A stretch of 58,732 bases of DNA, the filler included, from Porpidia crustulata (Eukaryota): NCBI GenBank assembly GCA_964255105.1. It is 6 parts of 6 records of this genome, joined end to end, with 100 filler letters (N's around TTAATTAATTAA, not from the genome) between each part and the next. Parts side by side here need not be neighbours in the genome. Positions count along the whole stretch, not along the records: positions 39,246 to 48,939 come from CAXUWE010000902.1; positions 49,040 to 58,732 come from CAXUWE010000903.1; 4 more parts are not named here. One strand, 5' to 3'. The stretch's first letter is position 1; each line of letters opens with the position of its first letter. Shown here in pieces: positions 40,433-52,407 of the stretch. The notes under the pieces are model-generated. The model made no database searches. It was not told the origin of the DNA and saw nothing but the letters and a program-made list of their open reading frames with translations. The position numbers were made by a program, and so were the translations under genes.

Positions 40433-40999
40433 ATGGCACTTCTCAGTAGCAATAAGCATATACTGGGTTGTCTATTTTTCAAGGCGGCTAATAATGTGCA
40501 AGCCATTAGCGGGTTGCACGATATTGATTCCGGTGACATAACCCTACGAATCTTTATGCTCAAAGGTCGTACAGGACCATTTCTGCGTCTCGCCACACGC
40601 TTTAGAAGCGAAGCTATGGATAGTGACAAAAAACATTGCGAGCATGAAGTCTGCTTCGACTTCAATCTTAGCCACATTAAAAAGTTCGAGATTGTCGCTA
40701 GGAACGAAGCCGGAAAGGACGTACCAGACGGTTTCATCGATGACAAAACTTTTATGCATTACTACAGTCTCGGCCTGTTGGAACGTCTTCAAGTCAACTA
40801 CCATCAAATTGGCGTAACTGGTCTAGATCTGGCTTATGAGGAGGCATCGTCTGCGCAGAAAGCTGTTCTCGTGCAGCTGGCCCAGCTTGGTCTCGCTGGT
40901 TCTTTTACCTTCTATGCCAAGCGGAAGAAGGCGTTCCGACGAATGGTCAAGAATATGAACGCTTGTTTATCCCGGGAGCTGCATTGCCTAAGTAGTTGA
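40433..40999 (+). CDS. Hypothetical 188-aa protein (intronless orphan)
   Basis: Longest intact ORF of contig 5, good ATG context (CAAGATGG), globular-looking composition; no family recognised. Confidence 0.55.
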   Translation: MALLSSNKHILGCLFFKAANNVQAISGLHDIDSGDITLRIFMLKGRTGPFLRLATRFRSEAMDSDKKHCEHEVCFDFNLSHIKKFEIVARNEAGKDVPDGFIDDKTFMHYYSLGLLERLQVNYHQIGVTGLDLAYEEASSAQKAVLVQLAQLGLAGSFTFYAKRKKAFRRMVKNMNACLSRELHCLSS

Positions 41000-41500
41000 A
41001 AGAGAATGAGTCACAAGGTATCAATTTTTAATGCGGCCATTTTCTCTGCTCTTCGATTGCACAGGCTGTACTAGTATTCTATTAGTAGGGGGCACTAACA
41101 GGCCTGTACTACTGTAGCAGAATCTAAGAGCCATAGTAAATTTACAACGAGCTTGTGTCGGTTCTCTCTTCTTAGTCGGACTAGCTGAAATAAGTCTACA
41201 GCCATACCTCATTGCCGTTTATAAGTTAAGTTTATACCAGCACCGTGATGGCCATTAGCATCGGGCACGAACTTCGGATACGGGCCCATTAGATTTTTAC
41301 ATCAAGTCTTCAAATGGGATTCAGCTTTGTGCGAGATCTTAGACATACTTTTCGAGCATTGATATGAGCAATCATTGAACGCGCAAGAAGCTCAAGGGTA
41401 TGTCAAAAGTCAAAGATCACCATGCGTTTTTTATTTCCTTGAGATTTGACGACTAGGCATACACTACTCTCATGATATTCATGCCAAAGCGGATGCAAAG

Positions 41501-41938
41501 CTAAGAGATGCGGTAGAGAGCGAGCGCGCAGCATTCTAAAAAGAAGATAAAGATGGAAAGCAATGAACAATCAATTCGGATTTTCAAGTCGTCGAAGAGA
41601 TTCTTTTGATTTATTGACTCTGGTTCAATGATCTCTTTATATATACCTGCTAACTCCAGAAAAACACTAAGAAATCTTACAATCATGCTATCTATAATAT
41701 CGACATTCGCGTTGACAAACACGCAATAGTCCGCACAGCAAGACTTTCAAGACAATCGCTCTACTACACGACAAGCATACGAGAAGCCATGGCTTTCAAG
41801 AGTGTTGCGTGTATAACGAACAACAGTAGAGCATAGAGATTTCACTGACGGATAGAGAAGCCTGGGAAGCATGGGGCGAAATCGAGGAAAAGCACTGTGA
41901 ACTATGTGTTCAGAGACGATATAGTCTTGTCCTGGAAA
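41501..41938 (-). pseudogene. Degenerate coding frame, possibly BTB/POZ-like
   Basis: About 145 codons with one internal TGA (41749-41747): FPGQDYIVSEHIVHSAFPRF...ESHGFSYACRVVERLS*KSCCADYCVF...LFDDLKIRIDC. Family guess is weak. Confidence 0.3.
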
Positions 41939-42484
41939 TCAGGATCGGTACTCTCATATTAAAGAGAGAAAGCAGCTTGAGATTTAAAAAGGAATAAATT
42001 TCCCGTCCAGATGATGCAGCACTTTTATATAATATAAGGCAGAACCAAGTAATACGACACTGCTCGTCTGCGATAACGAGCAGCTCTTACCACCTCCCAT
42101 CGATGTGCCAGCGGCAGTGATTTCGGCTTGGATGACATCGCATCTCTGGAGCAACACCTCGACTCACGACGGATCATGAGAAGTATCTGAAGTTGGCGGG
42201 GTCCAGTCGTTATCATCACAAAGCTTCCTCGATACTTTTCATCACTACTTCTGACTGTTGCGACTAGCATGTGCGATCCCACGTTGAAGTCCCCTGAAAT
42301 CGCATGATGATTGACGAAGCACATATGACTGCAGGATCTACTATCAAGCTCATCATTCTTTTTAAGTCCGTCTCTATAGCCCGCAAGTCAATCCTGACCG
42401 GCATATCGTTTGAGTCCAGCCTGAATCAACTTAGTAGCTAGATCTCAACCATAAGCATCGACTGCTGAGATTCCTACGTACCGA

Positions 42485-42907
42485 ATGCAGCCCACCCCGT
42501 CTAGCCTCTCAGCTCCACGGGACGACGGCGCACGTATGAACTGGAGCAATAGACTACTGGATCGGGCGGAAACCAACGATCCTTACATTTCGTTGGGGCG
42601 GCCAGCGATCCAGAGCCACAAAAACATGATCCCCACTATGAATAACATCTTCGGGTTAGCACTCGACCATGAGTCCAGAACACCTAAGCCATTTATCTGG
42701 CCAGCCGGAATCGTTACCATCGATCCTAGAACTACTGAAAAATTTACAGCCGAAAATGATCCGACCCGACCTGTTGTATCCAAAGCAAATATCACGAAGG
42801 ACACCAAACCACAATCAAGGAAACCTGAACCACAACCAAAGATACCTGTGGGAAAGGGCCTCAAAGACACCAAAAAGGAGTCCAGAAGAGCGTTGTTAAA
42901 GAATTAG
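42485..42907 (+). pseudogene. Hypothetical 140-aa ORF, probably prematurely stopped
   Basis: Frame reads on after TAG TTG TAG as MMTLRHVPGTTPGKLRELSAVLRGIKDILI, consistent with CAG>TAG changes. Confidence 0.35.
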
Positions 42908-43616
42908 TTGTAGATGATGACGCTGAGACACGTACCTGGTACGACTCCCGGAAAATTAAGGGAACTATCGGCCGTCCTACGAGGAATTAAAGATATTTTA
43001 ATCTGAATCCTGTACAGTAATCTAGCCTTTGAATTTCTTTCTTCAAAACTCTACAGGTATCTCATATCCTATCATTCCTTGTCACGTTCAGCAACAAAAC
43101 CGCAGCTCAATCAGCCATTGGTATTCGTGTTTGATGGGAGTATAAGAAAGCGCAATTCCTCCCAAATGTATTCATACATAGCTAGTATATTCATCCAGCT
43201 TCGACATTCAGCTAGTCACTCAATTTCTTGACCCGAGCGCATCTCAGTCTCTGCGCTTTGGCTTTTACTATAATAATCGAACACGATGATGACAAGCTGA
43301 TAGTCGACAATTCTTTAAAAGGCTCAACTTCTTGAATATAATTTACATCCCCTCGGTTTTTTATCCAATCTTCTCTCAAGCTCGGAACGATTCACTTTTA
43401 TTTCGGATTTATATAAAAAGGCGAAAGAAATAAGAGCGCAGCACCGCAAATAATCACAGCGTCTTCAGACCTATCAAGACTTTCGATGAAACAGATGACG
43501 CGGCTGCTTTGTCTGTACTGAGCATATTTAAAGCATTTCTTGTGACTACCTCTTATTCAAGAACAGTCCAGTAGCCAAATCAAGTCAGCCCTCACTGCAC
43601 GCAGTCGTTCCCTTCA

Positions 43617-44157
43617 TTGCCTCCCTGCCGCCGCCATGTTTGGATTCGCGTCTGTCAACGCCCTGGGGCATACTTTACCGCAATGGAAGCCAAGTGGGAT
43701 GGCTTGGGTCCCTTTGCGGTCTTTGAACTGCATGCAGACGATACCGCCCTCACACTGCGGGGCCTTCGATTACACTACCGCCAGATGGTGATGAAGCACG
43801 TTTGAGCGGGCGGGGGGCAAGGCCGACACGGTCGGGCCTCAGGTGCCCTTGTGGCGCCACGTCAATATCGCCCGGGACATGTTTGCCCAGGGACTGCATG
43901 CGGAGCGCCGCAAGTGGGCCGACCGATCGGTGCAGGTGTGGAATCCCTTTGCGCCGCCTAGGTCCGCCGACGCCCAGTGCCCCCGCAAATCCCGAGTCGG
44001 TGAGTTAGACTGCCTGCAATCCTGCCCCAACCACTGCTGCCGTGCTACTTGAACTAACTCGGAGTCTTGCATGCAGTCCCCCCCCCACCGACCAAGAGCC
44101 GGCCGTGGAGGTGGCGGCCGTGCGGGACCCGGGGGCCGCCGCCCGACCGGGGGGGGG
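43617..44157 (+). CDS. GC-rich spliced hypothetical gene fragment
   Basis: Putative introns 43800-43842 (GTTTGA...CAG) and 44000-44076 (GTGAGT...CTAAC...CAG) join VWIRVCQRPGAYFT...LRGLRLHYRQMVMKH / VPLWRHVNIARDMF...; runs into a 10-N gap. Confidence 0.35.
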
Positions 44158-44167
44158 NNNNNNNNNN
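44158..44167. other. Intra-scaffold gap (10 N)
   Basis: Short N run after a poly-G tract; no TTAATTAA cassette. Confidence 0.95.
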
Positions 44168-45212
44168 ACGATAACACGCAGTCCGTCCACCCCCACCAAT
44201 AACATCGCACAATTAGACAATGAGAGCTATGAAGACATGCTCCGATACGCATGTGCAGACAACTTGCAAGACTTTAAGTGTAGAATCAAGACGGATCCAT
44301 TACATGCTCCCTCAGTATATCACATATGTGAGGAATACAGACCTGGTGTTCATAAATTCGTACGTCTGTACGTGTTGCTGCTTACATTTTCTGGAAATGT
44401 TTCAACGAAGTAACACACAATGGACTTATACATATCAAACAATCTTGCAATTTGGTCATCAGAGATAATAGTATTCGTTTCACTTCTATATAGGTTTGGA
44501 ACCTACAGCACTGTCCGTCCATCTTTTGTCCTGGTAAGGTTAGCGCACTCTTGCAAAAACGGTAGCGAGGAAGGAGACGACCTGCCAGGAACTTTGCAAA
44601 GACGAATACATTTGAATGCAACAAGACAAAATGCAATTCGAAAAGACTTAAAAAAACACACTACAGATATCTTGAAAGGGTAGTATCCCTTCAACCATGT
44701 CAGTCTTAATAAATATTCTCGATTTAACACAAAGAAAAGACAACTCAGTTCTTATTTCCCAAAGCATCATTGTTTTCAGATTTTCTAAAGATTGTTTGCG
44801 GGACTGCGGCTATTCCAAAGTCGCACAATCACCAATCGGGTAATTATAGATCTACTCTATCAACAAAAACCTATTCTCAACTTCCTTTGAAAGCATCTAT
44901 TGAAACTGTCCAATAAGCCCAGGCCCAGACCTAGTAATATTTTCAATTTTGGATCGATATTTTGGACATGACTAGGAAGAAGGGGGTAAAGCATATAGGG
45001 AAGAGGATCGAGCCGCAGAACCTCGTCGTACAACCCTTAATTCAAAAGGCCAGCATCTAAACATCTAAAGAACTAGATTTCCCTGTTTCACGCATTCAAT
45101 TGATGATAAAGTACAACGAAATCTAAAAGCAATGAAAAGATTAGTCAGTGAAACGTCGTCATTGCGAAGGCGACGTTAAAGAAGACTGTCAGTTCGACGA
45201 ACAATTGGTTTT

Positions 45213-45803
45213 GTGACTATCTATATTAACTCGAATGAGATTGCCGGAAGTTTATTCCGTAAATTGGCCTACGTTTGTTCTTGCGTACACTCGGTCAAAC
45301 ACAACATCCCACAATATGGCGTCTCGTACGAAATCGAGTCGAAAGCCAAGCACTTCTATGTTAATGTGGATGTGCACATGCAACGGCTTCGAGGACTCGT
45401 GAACGCTCAGATTAACTTGCATCGCGCATGCGAAAGCTCTGCCTCAGCCGATAGCAACAATAGCTTCGAAGAATTGTTGCGAAGCAATTAAAGTCTAATC
45501 TTTGAAACTACAAATTTATTAACTCAACGGCAGTCATCTGAGATTCCTTTCATGATCGCGCCTCTATCGGAAAATGAGAGATATGATATTCGGAAATTAT
45601 ATCACGTCATTCGAGGGATCCAAAGCAACGATGAAGGAGAAAGTTTAACGAAATATGCTGATTCGCTTTCAACATATATAAAAGCATATCGACTACGAAA
45701 GCTTGAGGATTCATCTCGCTGTCATGTACAATTTCTCAATGAAACTGTTCGCGACGACGAAGATTCGAACTCAAAATTAGTAAAGACTAAAATAATTCAT
45801 TGA
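45213..45803 (+). pseudogene. Degenerate coding frame (strand uncertain)
   Basis: ORFs 45213-45491 and 45552-45803 are in the same frame, separated only by one TAA (about 197 codons in total). Antisense frames also read protein-like with scattered stops. Confidence 0.3.
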
Positions 45804-48800
45804 CCATAGCAGCGGCGCCAGGGCGGATTCTTGACACACTGTGGAACCCGGGCATTGGGTCTTTCACTTTCGCTAGCATTCTCTTCAGAGACTCCAAGAT
45901 GGTGCTGATGGCTCCGTTGCACTTCGAACCCTCCGAAGAGTCTTTCGAGGCATGGGGAAATATTTCCCTTGTTCTACGTTATTAGCGTTAGTCTATGGTC
46001 AACGTATATATCATTGATATCTATCGCAATGATTCATTAAAAGTCAATTGGAATGTCTCCCAGCCACTCTTTGATTCGATACGCATCGAAGCCAATCTTA
46101 CGCGGGACCCCTATGTCAATTGCGTGGGAGACACTTATCTCATTCAACTGTGTCTATACGAAAGAATCCACAGCGAAATAAAGTGGGTACAGATAAACCC
46201 CAAGGCAAAGTGGCGCGAACTACCTTCTCCATGCGCGGAAGTAATTTTGATCAGTGCGCCGCCGTCTTCAGAGACCTCAATCATTGATAGCCATCGACTT
46301 TAGACCTGCGCCGTGATCGGCGAAGGATTAGAAGAGATATGCGCGAGCTGAAGGGAATCGATAGTATGCACGATACGAATATTTCTTGGGATGATCGAAT
46401 CGGGAGTGATAGGGCTTTCGATATCATTGAATAAGATTGAATGAGGTGCTGCGCAAAGAGAAAGATGAGAGCGGAAGATTGACTACACATTAACATCGAG
46501 AACTTGCTCAGGATTGTAAGCAGATCGCTGCAAAGGTGTTATAGAACGATAATCTCTTTCTCACTACATGAAAATCATAGCATCATCGTTGGGGAAATTT
46601 CTCGCTTCTGCATTCGTCCTGCACGTCGATACCTGTATTGTTCTGTCTCTTCATGTACTGCTATAAAGTCTGTGGCAACTTGTTTGAGCGCATTGAGAGT
46701 CGAAAGAATAAATGTCAATCAATAGAATGCTCGCACATGTCGGTAAAGAATTGACCGTTTCTGCAGAATTCGTTAGAACTACGGACAAATAGCATACGCG
46801 TCTGGTCGAAGCGCAAGAGATGATAGGAAGATAGACGCCCCGAAAATGCTCGTGCAAGTGGCCCGCAATGCCTATAAAAAGAAACGTTATTCGAGGTAGA
46901 AAAGTAGCTCAGCTGAGAAAGAGCAGAACAATCCAACTATCATAATTCTGATTATATATTCGAAACACTCTATATGTCTCAATGTAACCCAAAAGGATTT
47001 TTCCTACCTCTTTCTCGTCTATCCTGTCGACTTTATATTTATTCTTGTAATTGCAGTTGGTTTTGGACGGATGAACTTCTGTGAGTTGGTCTTTATCAAA
47101 ATTTGGTGAAGATCTTCTTAGAACTTGTTCGATAACGGAATCAGCGTATGGAAGACGTTATAAAAGACTCTATATGTATCACGAATAATTGATTCTACGA
47201 TTATTTCTGTCAACTCGATTCGAAATGCTTCAATTATCATTCAACTCAACAGGCGGACCCACCCTAATCATGACGTCAATGATTAACGTCGAAACTTGGT
47301 TCGAAACAATCAAGAAGCACATCGATTACAAGAGCTCGAAGATTAGAGACTCCCCAGACGAATAGTGTTAGGACCAAGGAGCCCATTTCATAAACGAAGC
47401 AGAGCTGCCGCAATGCACTACAACTGGAAGTTTCGAAAGCTAAGAAGAATAAGATAGATATCGATTACTGCGATGAAGAAGCGGAAAGGAATGTTGTTCT
47501 TACGACGGTAGAATCGACATCGAGATAAATGAAAGAACGTATGAATAAACATTGAACGGTCGAAATCGTCCAAGACCTTCAAGACTCAAGCAAAGAAATC
47601 AGATGCATAAAAGCACGACCGAAACGAACAACAATGATTTAACATAAGCGAATCTTTCAAGAAGCACGTTTCCAAATCAGGGTTCTCTGCCGAAGCATTT
47701 CAAACAGTGGAGGCAGCGAGGATTACGGCGCCGGAAGAGGATGAGCTCGATCCTGATGTAAAAAATATAGCCTGGGTTCATGATCGATACTATTGAGATG
47801 AAATACATAAGCAAAAGGGCAAAACCTCTATGGACATACACTCCGTGTTCTACGGGGGTTTTTTTAATCGAAATTCGATCACGGATCTAATTGAAATATT
47901 CAAACCAGCACTACTACAAAGATTGAATGAAAAATGAATAAAGATTTGTGAAGATCATCTATTCAAGAATACAGTCGAAACCCAGCAGAGCTGAACGTCA
48001 AACATGTAGGCGGGGGATAAAAAACCCCCGACACTATTAGCTTCAAGACGGGACTTAATATGAAACCTAAACAATTAGATTCTAATGAAAGCTTTCTTTC
48101 GCTACTTGAACGCACGGGTAAGGATGGAGACTATTCTTCTTCAGCCAGGATAGAGACCACCAAAGATCAGGATTGGCAAGGAAACTAACCATCGAGCGTG
48201 GAAAGAAATCAACAAAAAGGCCACACTGGATGGCTCTCGACACGGAGCCTACAAAAAGATTAATGATGATCCGACGGTCTAAACCCCCCGCTAACGAAAC
48301 CTCAAACTATTGAGTAGAAAAAAGTGGGCCTCAGAACTCCAAAACCCCATTCCGAATCTCAACATGCATCATCTTCCCCACCGCCTCAATCGATTCGATG
48401 CAAGTGAGACAAATCTCGGGGAATCTCGTGGAGACGAGATATGCGACAAAAGCGAAATTTAGTAAAAATACTCTGTGGAATTGATTCTTCGAGGGTTGGA
48501 AGATGAAGATAAGAAAGAGTTAAATTTTGCTTTGTATCAAAAAGACAAGGATCCCGTACACCAAAAAGTCCATAAAAATCCCTCGATAACCCGACATCCC
48601 AAACTCCACAAAACACGATTACGATTCCCCACGATCCCCGAGAAGAAAGGTTCCCAATCTCACCTCACCCAACGGACCAAAATCAAATAAAATCAAAACC
48701 CACTTACCGAAAAACCTCTCGACTCTCCCTAAAAAAAATCCACCCATATGTCGTCCACCATCCCACTGTCATTGCAAACCATTTTCTATAAAACGGTACC

Positions 48801-48939
48801 GTATATCCATCGATCTACCCAGTTACCCTCTATATATCGGAGCCAAAAAAGGGGTTGGAGTGAAACGGTTTGATTATAAGCGTTGCTCAACACTGTAGGT
48901 CGAAATCCTGGCAGGAAAAGCCTATGATCGATCCGTTGC

Positions 48940-49039
48940 NNNNNNNNNNNNNNNNNNNNNNNNNNNNNNNNNNNNNNNNNNNNTTAATTAATTAANNNNN
49001 NNNNNNNNNNNNNNNNNNNNNNNNNNNNNNNNNNNNNNN
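48940..49039. other. Artificial contig spacer
   Basis: N44-TTAATTAATTAA-N44. Confidence 0.99.
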
Positions 49040-49662
49040 GGTGTGGGTGGGAGTGTATGACGCGATCATTCCGTTTCTGGCATTGTTAGCATGACGGGCA
49101 GTTCTTTTGGGGTCACGTAGGTTTATGGACTGAATACACAAAGAAGAAACCTGAAGATGACAGTGATAGTCAGAACATGGTCATTCTGTAGAATGCATCA
49201 TCATAGAAGATATTGCCAGTGCTAGCTTACGAACGATATATGGTAGTTACCTAGTGACTGCGCCAGGACCGTCTGTTTAACGCCAGCGAAGAGCAACCCT
49301 AACCCTGAAATCAGTATGAATTACATTATCAATTTATGTATCCAGAAGCTTCTAATCCTTTGAACTGGGCCATCCTTCTTTGTTACGAAACACAAAAAGC
49401 GATACACATGCGTGTATAGAGATGGTCGGATTATGATCGCTGATTTTATTCCAAAGCGTAAAACAAGAAGAGCTTCTTAGTGTTGGGGACTAAACGATAC
49501 AATTTACATCCGAGGATTGTAGATGGTGTAGATGGTGTAGACGGTTCTCATGGTTGGCTGCAGAGTAGGTAAAATGCTGATTTGATGTCTATTCAGGCTT
49601 CTTAAAGATTTGCCTAATCTACATTGATGCTTTACTTTCGGCGCTAGGAAGCACATCTCCTT

Positions 49663-51998
49663 TTACAATACCTCTGCATCCCCAAACTTTCTCGCAAACA
49701 TCCCGAGCGCCTTGATCGGGAAGATGAACTTGTAATTCGGATACGAAATCATACTGTATCTCATGATTAGTATACCGCCTCTTTGTAAACAAGCGTCTGT
49801 AATTAAAAGTACTGACCAGCTTTTGTTAAACACCCCCTCGATAGCCTCCTGCTCCCACTCCCCCATCCCGTTCTGCCTGCCCATAATCAACCTCACTGCT
49901 TTCTCCAAAGACCCCCGCTCCGAATACCCCGCTTCCATCAATCCGATGATCGCCCAACACGTCTGCACAACCTGGCTATCCGCATGAGACGTATAAACCC
50001 CCGTTTCGCAACTTTTGTAACTCTCACCCCAGCCGCCGTCATCCATCTGCTTGCTCAGTAGAAAGTCACACCCCTTACGAACACGTGCGCTATTCTCATA
50101 GGATTCACCAACCGAGGCGAGAGATTCGAGGGCGAACATTCCAGCGTATGTGAAGCAGATGCCCCAGCTACCGTACCAGGACCCATCCGGGCGTTGGGCG
50201 CGTCGAATGTATTCGAGTGCTTTGGCTTTGGATTGAGCGATCTCGGCGGCGCGGTATTTGGGATAGTACTGGGAAAAGAGAGAGTATGCTGTGACAACAG
50301 CCGTCGTGCATTCGGGGTAGTCATATTCGATCATTATCCTGCCAAAGACTTCTGCTGCGTTGAGATATTCGAGATACTCGGAGCCTCGCGTTGGCTCGTA
50401 GCTTGCAAATCCTCCGGACGCATTTTGCATTGTCAATAACGTGTCAATGGCGTCTTTGATTCGGTCATCAGATACAAGTTTGGGGAAATCTGGTAGTCTC
50501 TGCAGCATTATCACAGCCTTCATAGCCTCACTCGTACAGTCACTAACAGTGTAGCCTTGTTGCCTCGTGCTGAAAGCCCATGCACCTTTCCGTTGCTGCC
50601 GATATGAGACCTCCTGCTCTCTGCAATTTTCCCTGATCTGCTGGTCATCCAAAAACTCAAGAGCTCTTATCAACATAGGCCACCACTTGGGATCATTGGC
50701 CATGCCAGCTTCAACGACTGCTTGTATAAGGAATGAAGTATCCCATGTTTGCACACCGTTGGTGCCATTCATGAGCATGCCCTCGTTCTTCATCCAGAGA
50801 AAGTCATACATGGCATTACGATGGCGCTTGACAGAATAGCTATCGGGTCCATCATGTATGTAACAGGCCAGGAGGTTCATCGGTGCGTTGACTGGGCCGA
50901 GATTGGCAAAGTCGGTGTTCTCATCTTCACGGGAGATTAGTTCAAATGTCCACTGTTCAGCCCGTTTGATTAGCGAATTAGATCGAAGGTAGGGCATCCA
51001 GATATTAACAAGCGCCCAGTTGATCCCATTAAGTAATACAGTTTTCGGATGATAATTATCTTTTGGTGAGATGCTGTTACGATGCGAGGCAAAGCTGATC
51101 GAAGAAAATGGTCGAGTGTACAGCTCCTCTCGAAGCTGTCGAGTCAGGGGGGTGAGGGGGTATGAGAACTGTTTGGATGCGATGAAAGACATTGGCAGGA
51201 AAACTTGACGCATGTGTATCCACCAGCGCCATGGGGCTATTGGTACCCAGTCTGGAAGAAGCCTGTAGCTGAATCAGATGACCAAAAATCTTATGGGCCT
51301 AAATCCAGGAACGTACCAAAACTCCGGGGGAACTGGGTTGACGGTATCCCATTCCATCACGCCCAAAACACTCAACCAGAACTTTGCCCAATGGGGTCCA
51401 TTGACCGCGCCTCCAAGCTCATGCAGTTTCCCTCGGGCCTTGATCATCCTTGGATCTTCTTCGCTTGCACCCAAAAGCCGGAGCACAACGTAATTCATTG
51501 CCGTCCCAAATACACTGCTGTCGCCCTCAATATGTAGGCCCCAACCTCCATCTTCCGATTTTTGTCTTGCAAAGAGATATCGTTTGATTTCATCCGCAAA
51601 GGGTGTGGGCACAGTCGTCTCGGTGACATACCATGTCACTACTAGCCCGGGTAAAAGAAACAACGGCCCACCGTATTCACATGCCCAGTTGCCTGGCGGA
51701 AGCTGTTGATGGGAGAAGAAAGAAAGGCCATTGTGAGCAGATGCGCTAGGTGTCGTCGCTCTTGAGAGGTTAGGCAGGTTCTAGAGATGGTAATGTCAGC
51801 ATTGGTATAGAGGTAGGCGAGTGCGATTGACCTAACCAGTGGCAGCCCAAGGTGATATTTATCGGCGAGGGTCTGCGGCCAATCGTCCACCTCTTTGTCT
51901 GTGCTTAAGTATTGCCATGTCTGTCTGCCCCTTTCATCTAGTAGTCTCCATCTTCGTAGCTCTGTTCTAGGGTCTGCAGAGGTGATTCCGTCTACCAT
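49663..51998 (-). CDS. ERG7: Lanosterol synthase (oxidosqualene cyclase), 4 exons
   Basis: RWRLLDERGRQTW, GNWACEYGGPLFLLPG, DGGWGLHIEG, MNGTNGVQTWD, VSDCTSEA catalytic motif, QW repeats (QRPDGSWYGSWGICFTY; QMDDGGWGES), EGVFNKSCMISYPNYK. Confidence 0.96.
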
Positions 51999-52407
51999 GG
52001 CGTACGGCGATAGCTGTTGTAAAGCTTGATCTCATCGAAGGCATCCCAAATTGACCATTGTTTGAAGTATTCCCTCATGAGTCAAGATTCTACAATCTGA
52101 TGTCGGACACACACCGATCTTCCACTTACAGGGGTCGCTGCACGCTACTGTCAGAGCCGCCGGTGGGCTAAAGGTTGATAGGACGGGACGGGAGGATTGT
52201 CAACTATAATCGTGGGCACCAACCTCCGGCAGTTTTTCACAAACAAGTGCAACCAGGGTTGCAAATAAATTATCCTTACTGAACGACAAGACGCTCGAAA
52301 ACGGTTTGTTGCATCAATCAATTGTACTACCCACTAAAAGCCAGCCGAATATTTCTCCATCAAGTATCATTACACTAACGAGCCATTTGACTCAAACCTT
52401 CAAAGCC

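Noticed and set aside
47853..48030. 12-bp inverted repeat CGGGGGTTTTTT / AAAAAACCCCCG and small hairpin at 48011-48030
   Set aside because: Made of homopolymer runs, no target-site duplication; may be chance or low-quality sequence.
43020..48300. Alternative genetic code (TGA=Trp) or organellar/viral origin for contig 5
   Set aside because: Frames are broken by TAA and TAG as well as TGA, spliceosomal intron signals are present, and no organellar or viral motifs were seen.
49518..49545. TGTAGATGG x3 (and ACCAAGTG-like x3 near 56538-56562)
   Set aside because: Trivial short intergenic duplications.
38236..51998. ARV1 plus ERG7 as a sterol gene cluster
   Set aside because: On different contigs joined only by size sorting.
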